A stretch of DNA of 64,000 bases from Candidatus Avispirillum sp. (GCA_045636685.1 JAZTXZ010000109.1:10381-74380); one strand, 5' to 3'. Shown: positions 9,891-20,079, numbered from the stretch's first letter. Translations and numbers: made by a program. Notes: generated by a model not told the origin, from the letters alone.

Positions 9891-10799
9891 TTATATTTCT
9901 CCGCAAAGGCGAGAAGTAAGGAATCTCTTGAACTTTTCTTTGTCGCCCCATTTAAGAGCAACGTTCATTTCTTTACCTCGTTCGGGGTCTATAAGGGTCT
10001 GAGAAGCATCATTTGCATAAATGGGAAGAACCTGATACTTAAGGTTCTCCTTTGTAAAGCATGCATATACGCCGACTGTATCGAAGAGAGCACTTGAACC
10101 GCCACCGTTATTCCACTCGATCTCCTTTGCCCAAAGATCAACATTTTCACAAAGAGCTTTGATTATGGGATCCTTATCACTGCATGCGCGGATTCTTCCG
10201 AATGCTTCTGCATCAAGAAAGAGATTGCCCGTTACATCAAGGGGAAGAAGCTCTACGGGGATATCTGAATTCACAAGCGCCGCATTCCATGAATCCTTAT
10301 CACACTTAACGTTCCAGTCAGATCCGAGGGGAGGATACCAGCCAACGCAGTGTCCGTTATAAATAACGCCGCCGATAGCAATGATCTTGCACTTCTTTGC
10401 AATTCTGGGATCGATCGCATAAGCATCTGCCATATTTGTAGATGCGCCGATAACAAGAACTGTGATCTCTTCATCAGAATCCATAATATAGTCTACTATG
10501 GCCTGCGCCGCGTTTTCCTTATAGTTGGGATAGCTTGCAAGATCAAAGTCTCCGATCCATGCCTCCTGATAGCGGGGATCCATATCTGTCGGTCTGCCCT
10601 TTGCAACTATGATATCATCTCTTCCGCAGACTGTGAGGAATTTTGCCGCAAGGCGAGCCTGATACTCTGTACCAAATCCGTTTACGGAAACCATCCTGAT
10701 ATCAAGCTCAGGGCTCTTCAGTGCCATGGCAAGCGCCCATGTATCGTCAATATCGCTTCCGATATCAGTATCAAAAATGATTGGGATTGGTTTGAACAT
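9891..10799 (-). CDS. Nucleoside hydrolase (inosine/uridine-preferring family)
   Basis: IIFDTDIGSDIDDTWALAMAL aspartate-cluster motif. Start moved to the ATG at 10799 (MFKPIPIIFDTD), which is preceded by GGAAGGA. The ORF-track start at 10844 adds 15 unlikely residues. Confidence 0.85.
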   Translation of the reverse strand: MFKPIPIIFDTDIGSDIDDTWALAMALKSPELDIRMVSVNGFGTEYQARLAAKFLTVCGRDDIIVAKGRPTDMDPRYQEAWIGDFDLASYPNYKENAAQAIVDYIMDSDEEITVLVIGASTNMADAYAIDPRIAKKCKIIAIGGVIYNGHCVGWYPPLGSDWNVKCDKDSWNAALVNSDIPVELLPLDVTGNLFLDAEAFGRIRACSDKDPIIKALCENVDLWAKEIEWNNGGGSSALFDTVGVYACFTKENLKYQVLPIYANDASQTLIDPERGKEMNVALKWGDKEKFKRFLTSRLCGEI

Positions 10800-10904
10800 A
10801 ATAATCCGTTCCTTCCATATAATGTGATACGTATATTGTATCACAAACTATCCCGATTGTACAGTAAATAAGCCATTTTTATTTGGCATTTTTTATAAAA
10901 AGTA

Positions 10905-10933
10905 TTGACTTTAAAATGTCCTTGTGCTAAAAT
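10905..10933 (+). promoter_or_regulatory. Sigma-70-type promoter for the T-box leader
   Basis: TTGACT (10905-10910), 17-nt spacer, extended -10 TGcTAAAAT (10925-10933). Confidence 0.6.
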
Positions 10934-10939
10934 ACCACC

Positions 10940-11192
10940 AAAGCTGTGACGGGGATCACGCTTCAATGTTGCTTTTTCAGAGATGTGCCGTTTGGTGCAA
11001 GGCACAACTGCAACTGATGCTACTCACCCCTGAGCTGTCGGCTGAACTGCAGTAGGCTTGACCGGTCGCCTCCGTTATCTTAGGCTCGGATATGTATGTA
11101 TCCCAAAGTGGGCATTTTATATGCCAACAAGAGTGGTACCGCGGAAGTGTTGCTTTCGTCTCTTGCATTTGCAGGAGAGCGAAGGCTTTTTT
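10940..11192 (+). promoter_or_regulatory. T-box riboswitch leader, probable Leu (CUC) specifier
   Basis: K-turn-like base (GUGAC-GGGG 10947-10954 with CCCC-UGAGC 11027-11035). AGAGA bulge at 10979-10983 and distal hairpin UGUGCC/GGCACA. CUC-A at 11023-11026 lies directly 5' of the CCCC strand. F-box CCGTTA at 11072-11077 and Stem III ggcat/atgcc at 11111-11125. T-box core GAGTGGTACCGCGG at 11131-11144. CAAGAG (11128-11133) can pair with CTCTTG (11159-11164) as an antiterminator. Terminator hairpin at 11152-11186 plus a T-run. Confidence 0.8.
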
Positions 11193-11236
11193 ATTTCTCC
11201 TGCCAAACCACACCACCAAAGAAAGGCAAAAACACT

Positions 11237-13768
11237 ATGAAACTGGCATTTTCAACCCTTGGCTGTCCCGATTTTTCCTGGTCCGATATTTATGCTATGG
11301 CAAAGGACTTTGGCTTTAACGGCATTGAACTGAGAGGTCTTGGCGACAACATTTTCTCCGTTCATGCAGAACCCTTCAGCCCTCAGAAGATCGATTCCAC
11401 CGTAGCTCATCTCAAAAAGCTTGGACTCGAGATCCCCTGTCTCTCCTCAGGCTGTGCTCTCCGATTCGAAGAAAAAAGAGAAGACACCGTTCGTGAGCTT
11501 CTTGAATATATCGCCCTTGCAGAAAAGCTTTCTGCATCATATATCCGAATTCTCGGTGATCTTACCGCCGAGCCTACAACCGATTTTGACGACAACGCGG
11601 TAATTGAGACTCTCAAGATCCTCGCTCCCCACGCAGAAGCAGCAGGCGTTACTCTTCTCGTTGAGACAAACGGCGTTTACACCGATACAAAGAGACTTGC
11701 GGAGGTTCTCAACTCTGTTGCAAGTGACTATGTAGCGGCTCTCTGGGACGTTCACCACCCCTACAGATTTGCAGGTGAAAGTGCAGCCCAGACTATTCAG
11801 AACCTTGGCGCTTATATCAAGTACACCCATATCAAGGACTCCGTTATGAACGGAGAAAGTGTTGAATACAGAATGATGGGCGAAGGAGATCTTCCTATCG
11901 AGGACTTTATGATGGCTCTCCGCTCCATCAACTACGAGGGCTACGTTTCTCTCGAGTGGCTTAAAAAGTACATGCCTGATCTCCAGTCCTCCGGCATCGT
12001 ATTCCCTCATTTTATAAACTATATGAGTCAGTTCACCGGATTTGCAAGACAAGGCGGAAGACTTCAGACCTCCCTTGATGGCAAAGGACAATATATCTGG
12101 CCCAAAGAAACGCTCATAGATTACACATTCCCGCAGATACTTGACCGCATCTGCGAAGAATTCCCCGACCAGTATGCATTCCGATTCACAACCCTTGACT
12201 ACACCCGCACATACAGAGAATTCCGCGACGACGTCGACAGCTTTGCACGTTCTCTTATCGCAATGGGCGTCCGCCCCGGAGATCACGTTGCTATCTGGGC
12301 TACCAACATCCCTGCATGGTACATCACCTTCTGGGCAACAGTTAAGATCGGCGCAGTTCTCGTTACCGTTAACACAGCATACAAGATCCATGAGCTTGAG
12401 TATCTGCTCCGTCAGTCCGACACCCACACACTCGTTATGTGCGACGCTTACAAGGACTCCGACTACATTAAGATCATCAACGATCTGCTCCCTGAGCTTA
12501 AGGATGCAAAGAAGGGCGCTCCCCTTCATTTCAGAAAGCTTCCCTTCCTTCGTAATATCATTACCTGCGAATCTACTCAGCCCGGCTGCTGGAACTGGGA
12601 AGAGGCTTGGAACGCAGGAAAGGATGTTCCCATCGAAGAGGTCTACCGTCGCAGCGCAATGATCGACAAGCACGACGTTTGCAATATGCAGTACACCTCC
12701 GGCACCACAGGATTCCCCAAGGGCGTTATGCTCACACACTACAACGTTGTCAACAACGGTAAGGCTATCGGCGACTGTATGGATCTTTCCACTGCTGACA
12801 GAATGATGATTCAGGTTCCCATGTTCCACTGCTTCGGAATGGTTCTTGCAATGACCGCTTCCGTTACTCACGGCGTTACAATGAGCCCCATTCCCGCTTT
12901 CTCCCCCTCAAAGGGACTTGCCTGCATCACAAAAGAAAAGATCACAGCATTCCACGGCGTTCCCACGATGTTTATCGCTATGCTCGGCCATCCCGAGTTC
13001 AAGAATACTGATTTCTCCCACATGAGAACAGGTATCATGGCAGGAAGCCCCTGCCCCGTTAAGGTTATGGAGCAGGTTATCAACGAGATGCATATGAAGG
13101 ATATCTGTATCACCTACGGACAGACAGAGGCCTCTCCCGCAACCACAATGTCAAAGACAACAGACACAATTGAGACCCGAGTTAACACCGTTGGCGGTCC
13201 TATCTTCGGAGTCGAGTGTAAGATAGTTGATCCTGAGACCGGCGAAGATCTGCCTGATAACTGCGACGGCGAGTTCGTTGCCCGCGGTTATAACATTATG
13301 AAGGGCTACTACAAGATGCCCGAGGCTACTGCCGCTGCCATCGATAAGGACGGCTGGCTCCACACGGGAGACCTTTGCCGCAGACTTCCCGATGGAAATT
13401 ACAAGGTTACAGGTCGTATCAAGGACATGATTATCCGCGGCGGCGAGAACATCTACCCCAAGGAGATCGAGGACTTTATTTACACTCATCCCAAGGTAAA
13501 GGATGTTCAGGTCATCGGCGTTCCCGACAAGGCATACGGCGAGGAGATCATGGCCTGCGTTATCCTCAAGGAAGGCGAATCTTCAAGCGAGGAAGAGATC
13601 AAGAAATATGTTCTTGATCACATGGCAAAGCACAAGGTTCCCCGCTACGTTGCATTTGTTGACTCCTTCCCCATGAATGCAGCGGGAAAGATTCTCAAAT
13701 ACAAGATGCGCGAGGATGCCGTCAAGCTTCTCGACCTTGGCGACGCCAGCAAGATAGTTACTGCGTAA
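11237..13768 (+). CDS. Fusion protein: xylose-isomerase-like TIM-barrel (sugar-phosphate isomerase/epimerase family) N-domain plus AMP-dependent acyl-CoA synthetase/ligase C-domain
   Basis: Start set at ATG 11237 (MKLAFSTLGCPDFSW), downstream of the leader terminator; the ORF-track start at 11096 would run through the T-box. The N-terminal ~290 aa are TIM-barrel-like. The C-domain has YTSGTTGFPKGVMLTH, GWLHTGD and GRIKDMIIRGGENIYP adenylate-forming motifs. Confidence 0.85.
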   Translation: MKLAFSTLGCPDFSWSDIYAMAKDFGFNGIELRGLGDNIFSVHAEPFSPQKIDSTVAHLKKLGLEIPCLSSGCALRFEEKREDTVRELLEYIALAEKLSASYIRILGDLTAEPTTDFDDNAVIETLKILAPHAEAAGVTLLVETNGVYTDTKRLAEVLNSVASDYVAALWDVHHPYRFAGESAAQTIQNLGAYIKYTHIKDSVMNGESVEYRMMGEGDLPIEDFMMALRSINYEGYVSLEWLKKYMPDLQSSGIVFPHFINYMSQFTGFARQGGRLQTSLDGKGQYIWPKETLIDYTFPQILDRICEEFPDQYAFRFTTLDYTRTYREFRDDVDSFARSLIAMGVRPGDHVAIWATNIPAWYITFWATVKIGAVLVTVNTAYKIHELEYLLRQSDTHTLVMCDAYKDSDYIKIINDLLPELKDAKKGAPLHFRKLPFLRNIITCESTQPGCWNWEEAWNAGKDVPIEEVYRRSAMIDKHDVCNMQYTSGTTGFPKGVMLTHYNVVNNGKAIGDCMDLSTADRMMIQVPMFHCFGMVLAMTASVTHGVTMSPIPAFSPSKGLACITKEKITAFHGVPTMFIAMLGHPEFKNTDFSHMRTGIMAGSPCPVKVMEQVINEMHMKDICITYGQTEASPATTMSKTTDTIETRVNTVGGPIFGVECKIVDPETGEDLPDNCDGEFVARGYNIMKGYYKMPEATAAAIDKDGWLHTGDLCRRLPDGNYKVTGRIKDMIIRGGENIYPKEIEDFIYTHPKVKDVQVIGVPDKAYGEEIMACVILKEGESSSEEEIKKYVLDHMAKHKVPRYVAFVDSFPMNAAGKILKYKMREDAVKLLDLGDASKIVTA

Positions 13769-13928
13769 GTTTATCTGCTTTCTTTAAAAACAAAAAGAGT
13801 CTTTTTGCAATTGAGATTATTACTTAATAAACTCACCCCAGAAAGTTAACAAAATAATCAAAAAAGGCTTTGAGTACTATCTCATAGCCTTTTTTGTTGT
13901 CTTCACTTTTCATCCTAATTTATAACAC

Positions 13929-13960
13929 AAAAAAGACCTCCGAAATCGGAGGTCTTTTTA
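13929..13960. terminator. Bidirectional terminator between convergent genes
   Basis: Stem agacctccg / cggaggtct flanked by an A-run and a T-run. Confidence 0.75.
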
Positions 13961-13965
13961 TTATC

Positions 13966-15741
13966 TTACCAGTTAAGGAATTCCTCACCGTAGATGCTGA
14001 TGCAGTAATCCTGCCACTGATTTGCAAGAGAACCTTCTGCATACCAGCCATTCTCCTCTGTTCTGCCCTTATTAGTATCAGAATCAGCGGGGATATATGT
14101 AAGCTTCTGGAATGCAGGCTCATTATCTACTCTGAGCTTCCAGGATGCGATATTCGCCTTGAACTCTTCTGCTGTGCAGGACTGCATTTCCTTAAAGATA
14201 GCAGCGCTGAGTGCATCAAGCTTCTTGAAGTTGTCCTGGTTAAACTCATTTACATAGTCAAAGCTATATGTTGTGGGAAGATAAGAATCAATGTTCTGAT
14301 TCTTTGCAGAATCCCAATAAGTGAGATCTACTTTATAGTCGGGATATGTCATGTATACATTACCGGTATCAAAGAGATCCATCTTGTATGTATAGATAGG
14401 ATCGTCATGAACGATGGGAACGATAATGTCTGCATTTTCCTCATCATACTTCCAATGAGTTCCCTCTGCACCGTACTGAAGAATAGTACGAAGCTCTGTA
14501 TCTGTGTTGAGAAGTGTGATAATTTCCATTGCACGGGATGTGCTCTTTGTGAACTCACAAACAGCGAACATGCTCTGGAGATAGTCTTCCTTTTCGCCTT
14601 CGGGTCTCTTGAATACGTTGATATGATAATCATCAGCGTACTTTGCGATCTCGTCAGCTGTACATGTGATATAACCTACACCGAAGTTCTCAGGAACAGT
14701 AGCGGAGGTATTAACGTATCCCTTCTCCTTGAAGAGCTTATAGAGATAGTAGTTGGATGTGAAGTTGTTGTAAGAGAAGATATTATCGAATGTTACGTTC
14801 TCAGGCTTGGAGCTGTAGAGAACACGGGAAGCGAGAACAGAAAACTCTGCATCTCCGCCGCCGTTACCGGACCAATACTGGTAGTAGCTGGGGCTATACT
14901 CACCGTATACGATATTGTTCTTTTCGATCTCGGGATGATACTCTGCGATATCCTCGATAAGGCTCTCACAGTCAGCAAGGCTTGTAAGTCTTGCGGGATC
15001 GAGATATTCCTTCTCAACGATATCCTTATTTACAAGGAAGTATGTATACTCGCCAACAGCGTGGTTATTGGGAACGCCGTAAATGCTTCCGTCAAGGGTT
15101 GCTGCTGTGAAGAAATCGGGGTAAATATAGTTTCTGAGAACCTTGGAAGATCCGGAAAGCTCTTCGTTAAGATCCTTGATATAGAAATTCTCAGCATAGT
15201 ACTTATAATCCTCTTCTCCGCGAATGAGGAAAATATCAAGCTGGTTTCTTTCAATGTTTGTATATCCTGTAGCACCTCTTACAACAAGGCTGTAATCACC
15301 GTCCATATTGGGGTTGATATACTCTGTTGTCTGAGCTGCGAGAGTCTCGCCCTTCTGAGCCGCCTCGATCTGTTCCTGTCTGAGCTTAATTGCGTCCTGC
15401 TCTTCCTTCTCGATACGGGTCTCAATAGTTTCGATACGCTCTCTCATAACCTTTTCGTATTCACTGTCGGGAATACCGTAAAGCTTAATAGCTGTATCAA
15501 ACTCGGTCTGAGTTACTCTGTTGATAGCTTCTTCTACCATGTAGAGAGCTTCTTCAGTTGTGTTTTCGTTTGTGGGAACCCAGAGGCTGAGAGTAATACT
15601 TGTACGGCTAACCTCTGCTTCCTCTGATCCTGTTGTATCCGAAGATATGGTATTGCCGCCGGCAATTGAGCAACCGGTGCTCATTATACAGCCAACGAGC
15701 ATTACAGCGCAAAGCAGGATACATACGAGCTTCTTTTTCAT
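13966..15741 (-). CDS. Large lipoprotein, probable extracellular solute-binding protein (no cognate permease genes adjacent)
   Basis: 591 aa. Lipobox signal MKKKLVCILLCAVMLVGCIMSTGCS. Size and composition resemble large family-1-type SBPs; the function call is tentative. Confidence 0.55.
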   Translation of the reverse strand: MKKKLVCILLCAVMLVGCIMSTGCSIAGGNTISSDTTGSEEAEVSRTSITLSLWVPTNENTTEEALYMVEEAINRVTQTEFDTAIKLYGIPDSEYEKVMRERIETIETRIEKEEQDAIKLRQEQIEAAQKGETLAAQTTEYINPNMDGDYSLVVRGATGYTNIERNQLDIFLIRGEEDYKYYAENFYIKDLNEELSGSSKVLRNYIYPDFFTAATLDGSIYGVPNNHAVGEYTYFLVNKDIVEKEYLDPARLTSLADCESLIEDIAEYHPEIEKNNIVYGEYSPSYYQYWSGNGGGDAEFSVLASRVLYSSKPENVTFDNIFSYNNFTSNYYLYKLFKEKGYVNTSATVPENFGVGYITCTADEIAKYADDYHINVFKRPEGEKEDYLQSMFAVCEFTKSTSRAMEIITLLNTDTELRTILQYGAEGTHWKYDEENADIIVPIVHDDPIYTYKMDLFDTGNVYMTYPDYKVDLTYWDSAKNQNIDSYLPTTYSFDYVNEFNQDNFKKLDALSAAIFKEMQSCTAEEFKANIASWKLRVDNEPAFQKLTYIPADSDTNKGRTEENGWYAEGSLANQWQDYCISIYGEEFLNW

Positions 15742-16036
15742 TTGGAGAACCTCCTATAAGCGTAATCACGCATCATTAACATTAATATTTTACATCAAAG
15801 TTACGTTTATGTCAAGTTCAATTTGTCCTTAGTTGGGCGTTTTGACCATGTCAAAGGCATAACTTTTACACATTTTTATTTTTGTTTTGTGACAATACAC
15901 TTGATTGAAATATGCTTTTTTGTGACAAATAGAAAAAAATCTGTCAAACACACCAAAAAGCAATACTGTTATTTATCAAGTCAGCCACAATTTTTTAACA
16001 ATTAGTCGTTTCCGTACGCTACAAATTCAGACGATA

Positions 16037-17140
16037 TCAGACATCAAGAAAGTCCTTAAGCCTCTTTGAGCGGCTTGGATGCCGAAGCTTTCTAAGAGCC
16101 TTTGCCTCGATCTGACGGATACGCTCACGGGTGATATTAAACTTCTTACCTACTTCCTCAAGAGTATGGGTACGTCCATCCTCAAGACCGTAGCGAAGCT
16201 TAAGCACCTGCTCTTCTCTGGGGGTCAGAGTATGAAGAACCTCTCTGATCTGCTCGCGAAGCATTGCATAGGAAGCAGCATCCTGAGGAGCGGGGCTATC
16301 GTCATCGGGAATAAAGTCGCCAAGGTGAGAGTCTTCCTCCTCACCGATAGGTGTTTCAAGGGATACGGGATCCTGAGCAATCTTCATGATCTCGCGAACC
16401 TTCTCGGGAGACATGCCGATCTTCTCTGCTACCTCATCTGCCGTTGCTTCGTGACCAAGCTCCTGAAGAAGCTGTCTCTGATAGCGTGATACCTTATGTA
16501 TCGTTTCTACCATATGAACGGGGATACGGATAGTTCTTGCCTGGTCTGCGATCGCACGGGTAATAGCCTGGCGGATCCACCATGTTGCATATGTTGAGAA
16601 CTTATATCCCTTTGTATAGTCAAATTTCTCAACAGCCTTCATAAGACCAAGGTTACCCTCCTGAATAAGATCAAGGAAGAACATGCCCTTACCTACGTAT
16701 CTCTTTGCAATACTTACAACAAGACGGAGGTTTGCTTCAATAAGCATCTGCTTTGCGGCCTCATCACCGTTTGCCATTCTTTCAGAAATCTCAAACTCCT
16801 TGTCTGCATCAAGAAGAGCAACCTTACCGATCTCCTTAAGATACATTCTTACAGGGTCATCGATAACAAGACCTTCCTGCTGGAGGACCTTTTCCATATC
16901 CTCTGCGCTTTCAAGCTGACCTACCTCAGTTTCGATCTCCTCGATCTCTGCCGCATTTTCCTCATATGCAGCTACCTCGATACCATTTGCCTCAAGCTGA
17001 TCGTAAACCTTTTCGATCTGATCGATATCGAAATCTGCAAACTCAAGAGCCTCCATGATCTCAGAATTGGAAAGAGAGCCCTTAGCCTTGCCCTTTTCAA
17101 TAAGGGTCTTGATATCAAACTGTTTCTTTTCCTGTTCCAT
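16037..17140 (-). CDS. rpoD: RNA polymerase primary sigma factor
   Basis: [54 protein letters not shown] (regions 2.x) and region 4 [20 protein letters not shown]. Confidence 0.95.
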   Translation of the reverse strand: MEQEKKQFDIKTLIEKGKAKGSLSNSEIMEALEFADFDIDQIEKVYDQLEANGIEVAAYEENAAEIEEIETEVGQLESAEDMEKVLQQEGLVIDDPVRMYLKEIGKVALLDADKEFEISERMANGDEAAKQMLIEANLRLVVSIAKRYVGKGMFFLDLIQEGNLGLMKAVEKFDYTKGYKFSTYATWWIRQAITRAIADQARTIRIPVHMVETIHKVSRYQRQLLQELGHEATADEVAEKIGMSPEKVREIMKIAQDPVSLETPIGEEEDSHLGDFIPDDDSPAPQDAASYAMLREQIREVLHTLTPREEQVLKLRYGLEDGRTHTLEEVGKKFNITRERIRQIEAKALRKLRHPSRSKRLKDFLDV

Positions 17141-17172
17141 ATTTATCCTTTCATGCCAACTTGGCTTTTTAT

Positions 17173-18939
17173 TTATTTCTTTTCTTTTCTTCTTCTTGCA
17201 AGAACATCAGCAATATCCTCTCCGCTGCTGCGTCCGCGAATCTTATCGGATTCTTTTTTCAGCTCCGATACGGCATCAAGAAATGCGCTTTCGGAATTGT
17301 TTGAAAGCACCCTTCTTTTGGATATCATTTCTACAGCCTTTGATATCTCATCCTGAGAAAAGCTGTCTGAAAGCATACCGAACTCAAATCCGCCGCTTTC
17401 GTAAAGCTCACGTATTTTTACATAAAATCTACGATTCAGCTCAGAGAAGAACATTTCGGGATTCAGCAGAGATCTTTCACAGTCAAGCTTGATATACTCA
17501 TGTCTGTACAAAAGCAGACCAAGCACTGCCGCTTCAAGAACTCCTGATCGCTTTTCCTTTGCAAAATCTGGGTCCACACGGTCTCCGAGCCTTGCGGTAT
17601 TACGGATAAGCTCTTCCCTGTTCTTTTTTTTCTGTGTTGCCGTTTTCCTTCTGATGATATTCTGAACATCCGCTTTTATCCCCGCGGCATCTATCTCCAG
17701 GGCGGTTGCTGTTTTTCTGATATAAATATCCTGTTCAACCTTTGAAGAGATTTCGGAAATAGCATAGCAAAGCTCCTTTGCCGCCCTTACCTTTGAATCC
17801 GCATCGGAAATATTATATTTCGACAGTGTTTGAAATATCTTATAGTCAAAAGGAGTTTTAGCATTTTCTATAACCTCACGGAAGCGCACAGCACCGTAAG
17901 GAGCATTTGACTTTATAAATTCATCGGGGTCCTTTGCTCCCGGAATACGGATGACTCTCACCGAGATATCTACCTCGGAAAGCAGGCGCATGGCTTTATC
18001 TGCTGCTTTTTGCCCAGCCTCGTCACTATCGTAGCATATGACGACCTTATCCGTATATTTTTTCATTATCCTTGCCTGCTCAGGTGTTATTGCAGTACCG
18101 AGAGTTGCAACAGCGCTTGTAAAACCTGCTGCATGTAATGCGATAACATCCATATATCCCTCGCAAAGGATAAGATAATCATCCTTTGAATTTTTTGCAT
18201 AATTCAGCGCAAAGAGATTTCTTGATTTTTTAAACGCCGGAGTATCCGATGAGTTGAGATATTTGGGTTGGGAGTCATCAAGAACTCTTCCTCCGAAGGC
18301 GACGACATTTCCCGAAACATCGATGATGGGAAACATCACTCTGCCCCTGAAGCAGTCATAGGTGTTATTTTCATTCTTTCGGCTTCTCTGGCACAGGTAG
18401 CCTGCAACCATTTCTTCATCTGTAAAGCCTTTTTCGCGTAGGTGCTTTTTTAAAGCATCGTAGCTGTTTGGAGCATATCCAAGGCCAAAGTGCTTTATAG
18501 TTGCACCCGAGAGTTTACGACGAGCGAAATACTCTCTTCCCGCGGCGCCCTCCTCGCTCTGCATAAGCATTTTATGAAAGAAACGCGCCGCTGCCTTATT
18601 CATTTCAAGAACGCGATTTCGGCTGACACCGCCGCGTTCCCGTTGATCCTCGTCCGGCAGGCTTATGCCGCATCTCTGAGCAAGAAACTCAAGAGCTGAT
18701 CTGTAATCAAGATTTTCCATCCTCATTACAAAGCTGACAACATCTCCACCCGCGCCGCAACCGAAGCAGTAAAAATGTCCGTCTCCCGAATAGACTGTAA
18801 AGGACGGTGTTTTCTCGCTATGAAACGGACACAGCCCCTTCAGATTGGACCCTGATCGGGACAGGGTCACATAAGATGATATTACATCCTCTATATTATT
18901 TCGAAATTTCAGGTCTTCTATAACATTTGCCGGTATCAT
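17173..18939 (-). CDS. dnaG: DNA primase
   Basis: N-terminal zinc finger [23 protein letters not shown], a TOPRIM region (EGYMDVIAL), and a position upstream of rpoD. Confidence 0.95.
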   Translation of the reverse strand: MIPANVIEDLKFRNNIEDVISSYVTLSRSGSNLKGLCPFHSEKTPSFTVYSGDGHFYCFGCGAGGDVVSFVMRMENLDYRSALEFLAQRCGISLPDEDQRERGGVSRNRVLEMNKAAARFFHKMLMQSEEGAAGREYFARRKLSGATIKHFGLGYAPNSYDALKKHLREKGFTDEEMVAGYLCQRSRKNENNTYDCFRGRVMFPIIDVSGNVVAFGGRVLDDSQPKYLNSSDTPAFKKSRNLFALNYAKNSKDDYLILCEGYMDVIALHAAGFTSAVATLGTAITPEQARIMKKYTDKVVICYDSDEAGQKAADKAMRLLSEVDISVRVIRIPGAKDPDEFIKSNAPYGAVRFREVIENAKTPFDYKIFQTLSKYNISDADSKVRAAKELCYAISEISSKVEQDIYIRKTATALEIDAAGIKADVQNIIRRKTATQKKKNREELIRNTARLGDRVDPDFAKEKRSGVLEAAVLGLLLYRHEYIKLDCERSLLNPEMFFSELNRRFYVKIRELYESGGFEFGMLSDSFSQDEISKAVEMISKRRVLSNNSESAFLDAVSELKKESDKIRGRSSGEDIADVLARRRKEKK

Positions 18940-18973
18940 AACAACATATCCCTCACAAAAACACTATAAATTA

Positions 18974-19978
18974 TCAATCCTTCTGCCAGACCGTAGGCAT
19001 AAACAGCTTTCTGAAAATATCAATTGCGTATCTGTCTGTCATGCTGGAGATATAATCACATACGCAACGACCGACAGGCTCAAACTCAGTATTATAATAA
19101 TAAAGCTCAGGCATTTCCTCAGGGCGGAAAACAAAATACTCATAAAGATCACGGAGCATGCTCTTAGCTTTTTTCTCCTCGCCCTTGGCAATTGGGTTTT
19201 TATATACCGCATCAAAAAGGAAGCTTCTAAGTTCAAGCATTGCCTCTCCCACCTCTGCGGTCATCTGTATATCAGGCTTATCGCGGCTTCCGTCAATAAC
19301 TGAAGTTACCATCGTATTGATGCGCTGGCTATGGCCTTTTCCGACAACAGATATTATATCTTTCGGAATATCATCAATAGTAAGTATTCCTGCACGACAT
19401 GCATCATCAATATCATGATTGATGTAGGCGATACGGTCTGCAAATTTGATAATACGTCCTTCAAGGGTGGATGCTTTATTGTCGCCTGCGTGATTAAGTA
19501 TTCCGTCTCTGACTTCAACGGTAAGGTTAAGACCAGCTCCGTCATTTTCGAGACGCTCCACAACACGAACAGACTGTTTGTAATGGGTAAAGGAAGAATC
19601 AAAGCACTCCTGCATCACAGTCTCTCCCGCATGACCGAAGGGAGTATGCCCAAGATCGTGCCCAAGAGCCGCCGCCTCGCAAAGATCCTCATTGAGCATC
19701 AGCGCGCGGCAAATGATACGGGCGATCTGTGCAACCTCCAGTGTATGAGTGAGACGGGTGCGGTAATGCTCGTCCACAGGAAAAAGGAAAACCTGTGTTT
19801 TGTGCATCAATCTTCGGAACGCCTTGGAATGAATGATCTTATCTCGGTCCCTCTGGAACTCTGTTCTGTTCTGACAAGGGGTATAGGCATAATCTCTTCC
19901 CTTTGTATCCGATGTCAGAAAAGCATAAGGCGAGAGTGTCTGCTTTTCACGTTCGCAGAAAAGCTCGGCAACTGTCAT
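18974..19978 (-). CDS. dGTP triphosphohydrolase-like HD-domain protein
   Basis: HD motifs (RLTHTLEVAQI, GHDLGHTPFGH, DRIAYINHDIDD). Position upstream of dnaG is conserved in Firmicutes. Confidence 0.85.
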   Translation of the reverse strand: MTVAELFCEREKQTLSPYAFLTSDTKGRDYAYTPCQNRTEFQRDRDKIIHSKAFRRLMHKTQVFLFPVDEHYRTRLTHTLEVAQIARIICRALMLNEDLCEAAALGHDLGHTPFGHAGETVMQECFDSSFTHYKQSVRVVERLENDGAGLNLTVEVRDGILNHAGDNKASTLEGRIIKFADRIAYINHDIDDACRAGILTIDDIPKDIISVVGKGHSQRINTMVTSVIDGSRDKPDIQMTAEVGEAMLELRSFLFDAVYKNPIAKGEEKKAKSMLRDLYEYFVFRPEEMPELYYYNTEFEPVGRCVCDYISSMTDRYAIDIFRKLFMPTVWQKD

Positions 19979-20079
19979 ATCAGCTATCCCTCCTTCAACA
20001 CACTTGTTGTACTATAATATACGCAAAAAATTACTTTTTTACTTTTTTCTTTGAAATTTACGAGATTTTTTTATTTTTA

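Noticed and set aside
11096-11236. ORF-track N-terminal extension of the fusion gene (start at 11096).
   Set aside because: The extension would be translated through the T-box core and its terminator hairpin. ATG 11237 follows the terminator, has an AAAGAAAGG RBS, and begins the conserved TIM-barrel N-terminus.
13894-15627. Very long antisense ORFs. Examples: 13894-15627 (577 aa), 40894-41889, 42019-43164, 11537-12871, 52621-53598, 59018-60037, 1350-2264, 44282-45052, 49808-50542 and 7809-8414.
   Set aside because: Each lies exactly opposite a gene with clear family motifs. Their translations are low-complexity (Cys/Ile/Leu/Val-rich) with no recognisable domains or RBS. They are shadow ORFs: the sense genes avoid TTA/CTA/TCA codons, so the complementary frame lacks stops.
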